Source: a virus (lineage: Duplodnaviria > Caudoviricetes). Taken from it: a stretch of 55,507 bases of DNA. Where the stretch lies: IMG/VR virus record IMGVR_UViG_3300036398_002854, positions 1 through 55,507 of that record; one strand, 5' to 3'. Under the pieces are notes generated by a model, which was given only the letters and a program-made list of their open reading frames with translations, did no database searches and was not told where the DNA came from. Within the stretch, counting starts at the first letter, position 1; every line of letters starts with the position of its first letter. A program made the position numbers and the translations under genes. Shown one piece after another: positions 55,120 to 55,507 of the stretch.

Positions 55120-55317
55120 ATGCCAAAAGACGATTTTCACGCCCCTGCGCCTGCTACCGCCTTTGCTGTGGTGGCGCAAGTCAATCCGGTGATTAGGATG
55201 GCGTTGCTTTTCAGCGATGCGCGCATTGCCGCGTCCGCTGCCGTGGAAAAAAGCAAAGAGATGGGGCAGCCGCATCACGTTGTCGAAGTGACGATTAGCT
55301 GCGGTTCGTTCTGGTAG
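55120..55317 (+). CDS. Hypothetical protein
   Basis: Short ORF with AAAGG upstream; no motifs. Confidence 0.3.
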   Translation: MPKDDFHAPAPATAFAVVAQVNPVIRMALLFSDARIAASAAVEKSKEMGQPHHVVEVTISCGSFW

Positions 55318-55400
55318 TTTCTAGGTCGTTACCAGAAAGGTCAAAAGCGCGGGTTGGATTATGGCTGATGCGGAATGCGTTGCCGTATCCCGCCTTGGGT

Positions 55401-55507
55401 CCCCCCCCCTGCCTGGGGTCGGGGGGCTACTCGCCCCCCCTGCCTGGGGTCGGGGGGCTACTCGCCCCCCCCGCCTGGGGTCGGGGGGCTACTCGCCCCC
55501 CCCCCGC
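55401..55507. repeat. Three tandem 31-bp G/C-run repeats at the window end
   Basis: gcctggggtcggggggctactcgccccccc at 55411, 55442, 55473. Confidence 0.85.

Noticed and set aside
1077-55278. Many long opposite-strand or alternate-frame ORFs in the track (e.g. 29796-30806, 50359-51342, 13520-14203)
   Set aside because: They shadow well-supported genes in GC-rich DNA and lack motifs

Overview
The whole window is a partial genome of a long-tailed dsDNA phage (siphovirus-type). It starts inside the portal gene. No terminase, integrase or repressor is visible, so lifestyle cannot be called. GapR/DUF2312, GcrA-like and DUF1194 genes point to an alphaproteobacterial host (inference). Layout: head genes on + (1-4112); a long minus-strand block with two tRNAs, nucleotide enzymes, lysis cassette, tail and neck genes, glycosyl/methyltransferases, PhoH, PolA, SSB, nuclease, SNF2 helicase, RuvC and intein-bearing nrdB; a plus-strand second fibre module (36.7-42.6 kb) between nrdB and nrdA; then kdsA, Dda-like helicase, dcd, a DUF927 primase-helicase with an ori-like repeat array, an exonuclease, MazG and a KdsD-like isomerase. 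Main leads: (1) phage-encoded Kdo synthesis genes (KdsD-like + KdsA) plus a Maf/DUF115-type transferase, two more GTs and an FkbM methyltransferase placed among virion genes, a candidate virion glycosylation system; (2) a PolA gene split by a methyltransferase gene, with basic and acidic new termini; (3) a +1 rather than -1 frameshift in the tail chaperone; (4) a fibre module with a ~36x22-aa repeat protein and a propeller of near-identical blades with variable loops. All family calls are from motif recognition by eye; no searches were run.
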